A DNA stretch of 63,965 nucleotides, counting the filler, from Atractiella rhizophila (Eukaryota), in NCBI GenBank assembly GCA_021432655.1. It is 14 parts of 13 records of this genome, joined end to end, with 100 filler letters (N's around TTAATTAATTAA, not from the genome) between each part and the next. Parts side by side here need not be neighbours in the genome. Positions count along the whole stretch, not along the records: positions 62,322 to 63,965 come from MU272351.1; 13 more parts are not named here. One strand, given 5' to 3'. A program made the translations under genes and the position numbers. Each line of letters opens with the position of its first letter. Position 1 is the stretch's first letter. The notes under the pieces are model-generated. The model searched no databases. It was not told where the DNA came from and was given only the letters and a program-made list of their open reading frames with translations. Shown here one piece after another: positions 62,719 through 63,965 of the stretch.

Positions 62719-63152
62719 ACTGTTACAAATAAACTGTCATCGACACTCTTGCACATATGCCGTTCACTTATAATGCTTTCCGAGTATCTTACTTCACAAG
62801 TTGCACTCTGATTTGTCTTTCGTAAAGGAGGCCAGGTTTATTTTGTTACCCCGACTTGGAATTAATCTCTAAACAATGCATGATCTACATCTTCGCTCAC
62901 GGTTTGAATAAACAGGAATGGTAATACAAATACAAGCTTGTGTTTTCATCGCAAAACAATTCCTTAGCAAACCGAGAACAAAACTAATAACTGATCAAGT
63001 AGACACCGCAAACTAAGAATGAAAAAGATTACTGAAGTAGATTGTCACAAACGCGTTTAGACAGGAGAAGAATTGGGTTCAATTTGAGAAATGCGAAGAT
63101 GTGTGACCATTAAGAACTGACTGATGGGAAGTTAATACTAGTAGAGCCGTGT

Positions 63153-63965
63153 TCACTTGTGCCTTCGTTGATGCCTGATTTTCGCGTCCTTACGAGAAAA
63201 CTTGCCGCCACAGACCTCGCATATCCACTCGGGCTTTTCAGCAGCGTGCAATGTCGCCTTATGCCTATCGAGATCGTAAGGTCTACAGAATCAATGTCAG
63301 TTCCAGGTCAATGGGCAGAGGAAACAGAACACAGACGTACCTCCTAAAGTGAGTCCCACATATCTGTCCATTCGGCAATCTGACATCGCAAATGATCGCA
63401 CCAACAGGTGCTGACTTGGAAGTTCCTTCTCCAGCTTTCGATCTCTTCGTAGGACGCGACGTTCCTCCTTTAGCAGTCCGACCTCTTCGCGAACTTCCAC
63501 CATCATATTCCTCCTCCTCCTCCTCCTCTTCATCAAAATCGGGATCGGCATCCGCGTCCTCATTATTCTCATCCTCATCATCCATCTCTGCTGCCGTTCG
63601 TTTCTTAGGCTGATTGAGCCACGACAAATCTTCGACGGGTTGTTCTCGGCGAGACGACGGAGCAGCTCGAGAGCTGGACGGCGCACGCGGGGGACGGGAT
63701 TGGTGGGGAGGATCTGGGGCAGGGGCAGGTTGAACCGGCGAAGTGTGCTGTTCCCCTCGTTCCCCCTCCGCTTGCTCCTCAGCACCTTCCACGTCTCCCA
63801 CCGCATCCGACTCTCCCATTTCAATATCTCCCTCCCAATCTTGCTCAACCACGCTATACTGACCCGCCTTCGTCTTCTTCATCCTCTTCCCCCTTGGTGT
63901 GGACTTTGGAGTCCCCTTTGGAGTCCCCTTGCCTCTAGCTGTCGAAGTCGATGAAGGGGTTCCCA
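63153..63965 (-). CDS. C2H2 zinc-finger protein; 5' end beyond the window
   Basis: ICDV...ICGTHFRR|PYDLDRHKATLH...WICEVCGGKFSRKDAKIRHQRRHK*, preceded by acidic/basic disordered sequence. Confidence 0.88.

Overview
Fungal (basidiomycete-like, probably Pucciniomycotina; inference) genomic DNA with many short (~50 nt) spliceosomal introns. The window is not one locus. It is about 14 contigs, mostly ~5.9-6.0 kb, joined by artificial 100-nt N/TTAATTAATTAA linkers, plus two plain N gaps, so gene neighbourhoods across linkers are mostly meaningless. Housekeeping genes, many partial: HSP90, EFL1/RIA1, a YAT amino-acid permease, an M50B-like peptidase, an aspartic protease, eIF2B-gamma, an anoctamin, a USP protein (duplicated), ETR1, a DUF985/Cff1-like cupin, a Pps1-like phosphatase, a sugar porter, homocitrate synthase, xanA, an SPT7 fragment, a phosphate carrier and a C2H2 protein. 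Accessory contigs hold decayed transposons (Harbinger, a hAT interrupted by a solo LTR with a 5-bp TSD, LINE RT and ORF1 pieces, a CACTA/Plavaka-like transposase) and F-box/LRR pseudogenes. The most interesting signals are: two paralogous 40-aa TPR arrays, one built from near-identical 120-bp units that vary at a few codons (fungal NLR-like); a minimal-type ATP-dependent DNA ligase with two SWIM-like zinc fingers; a PPPDE/LRAT-like membrane protein; and a CpA-to-TpA RIP-like signature in repeats. All family calls come from motif recognition by eye; no searches were run.
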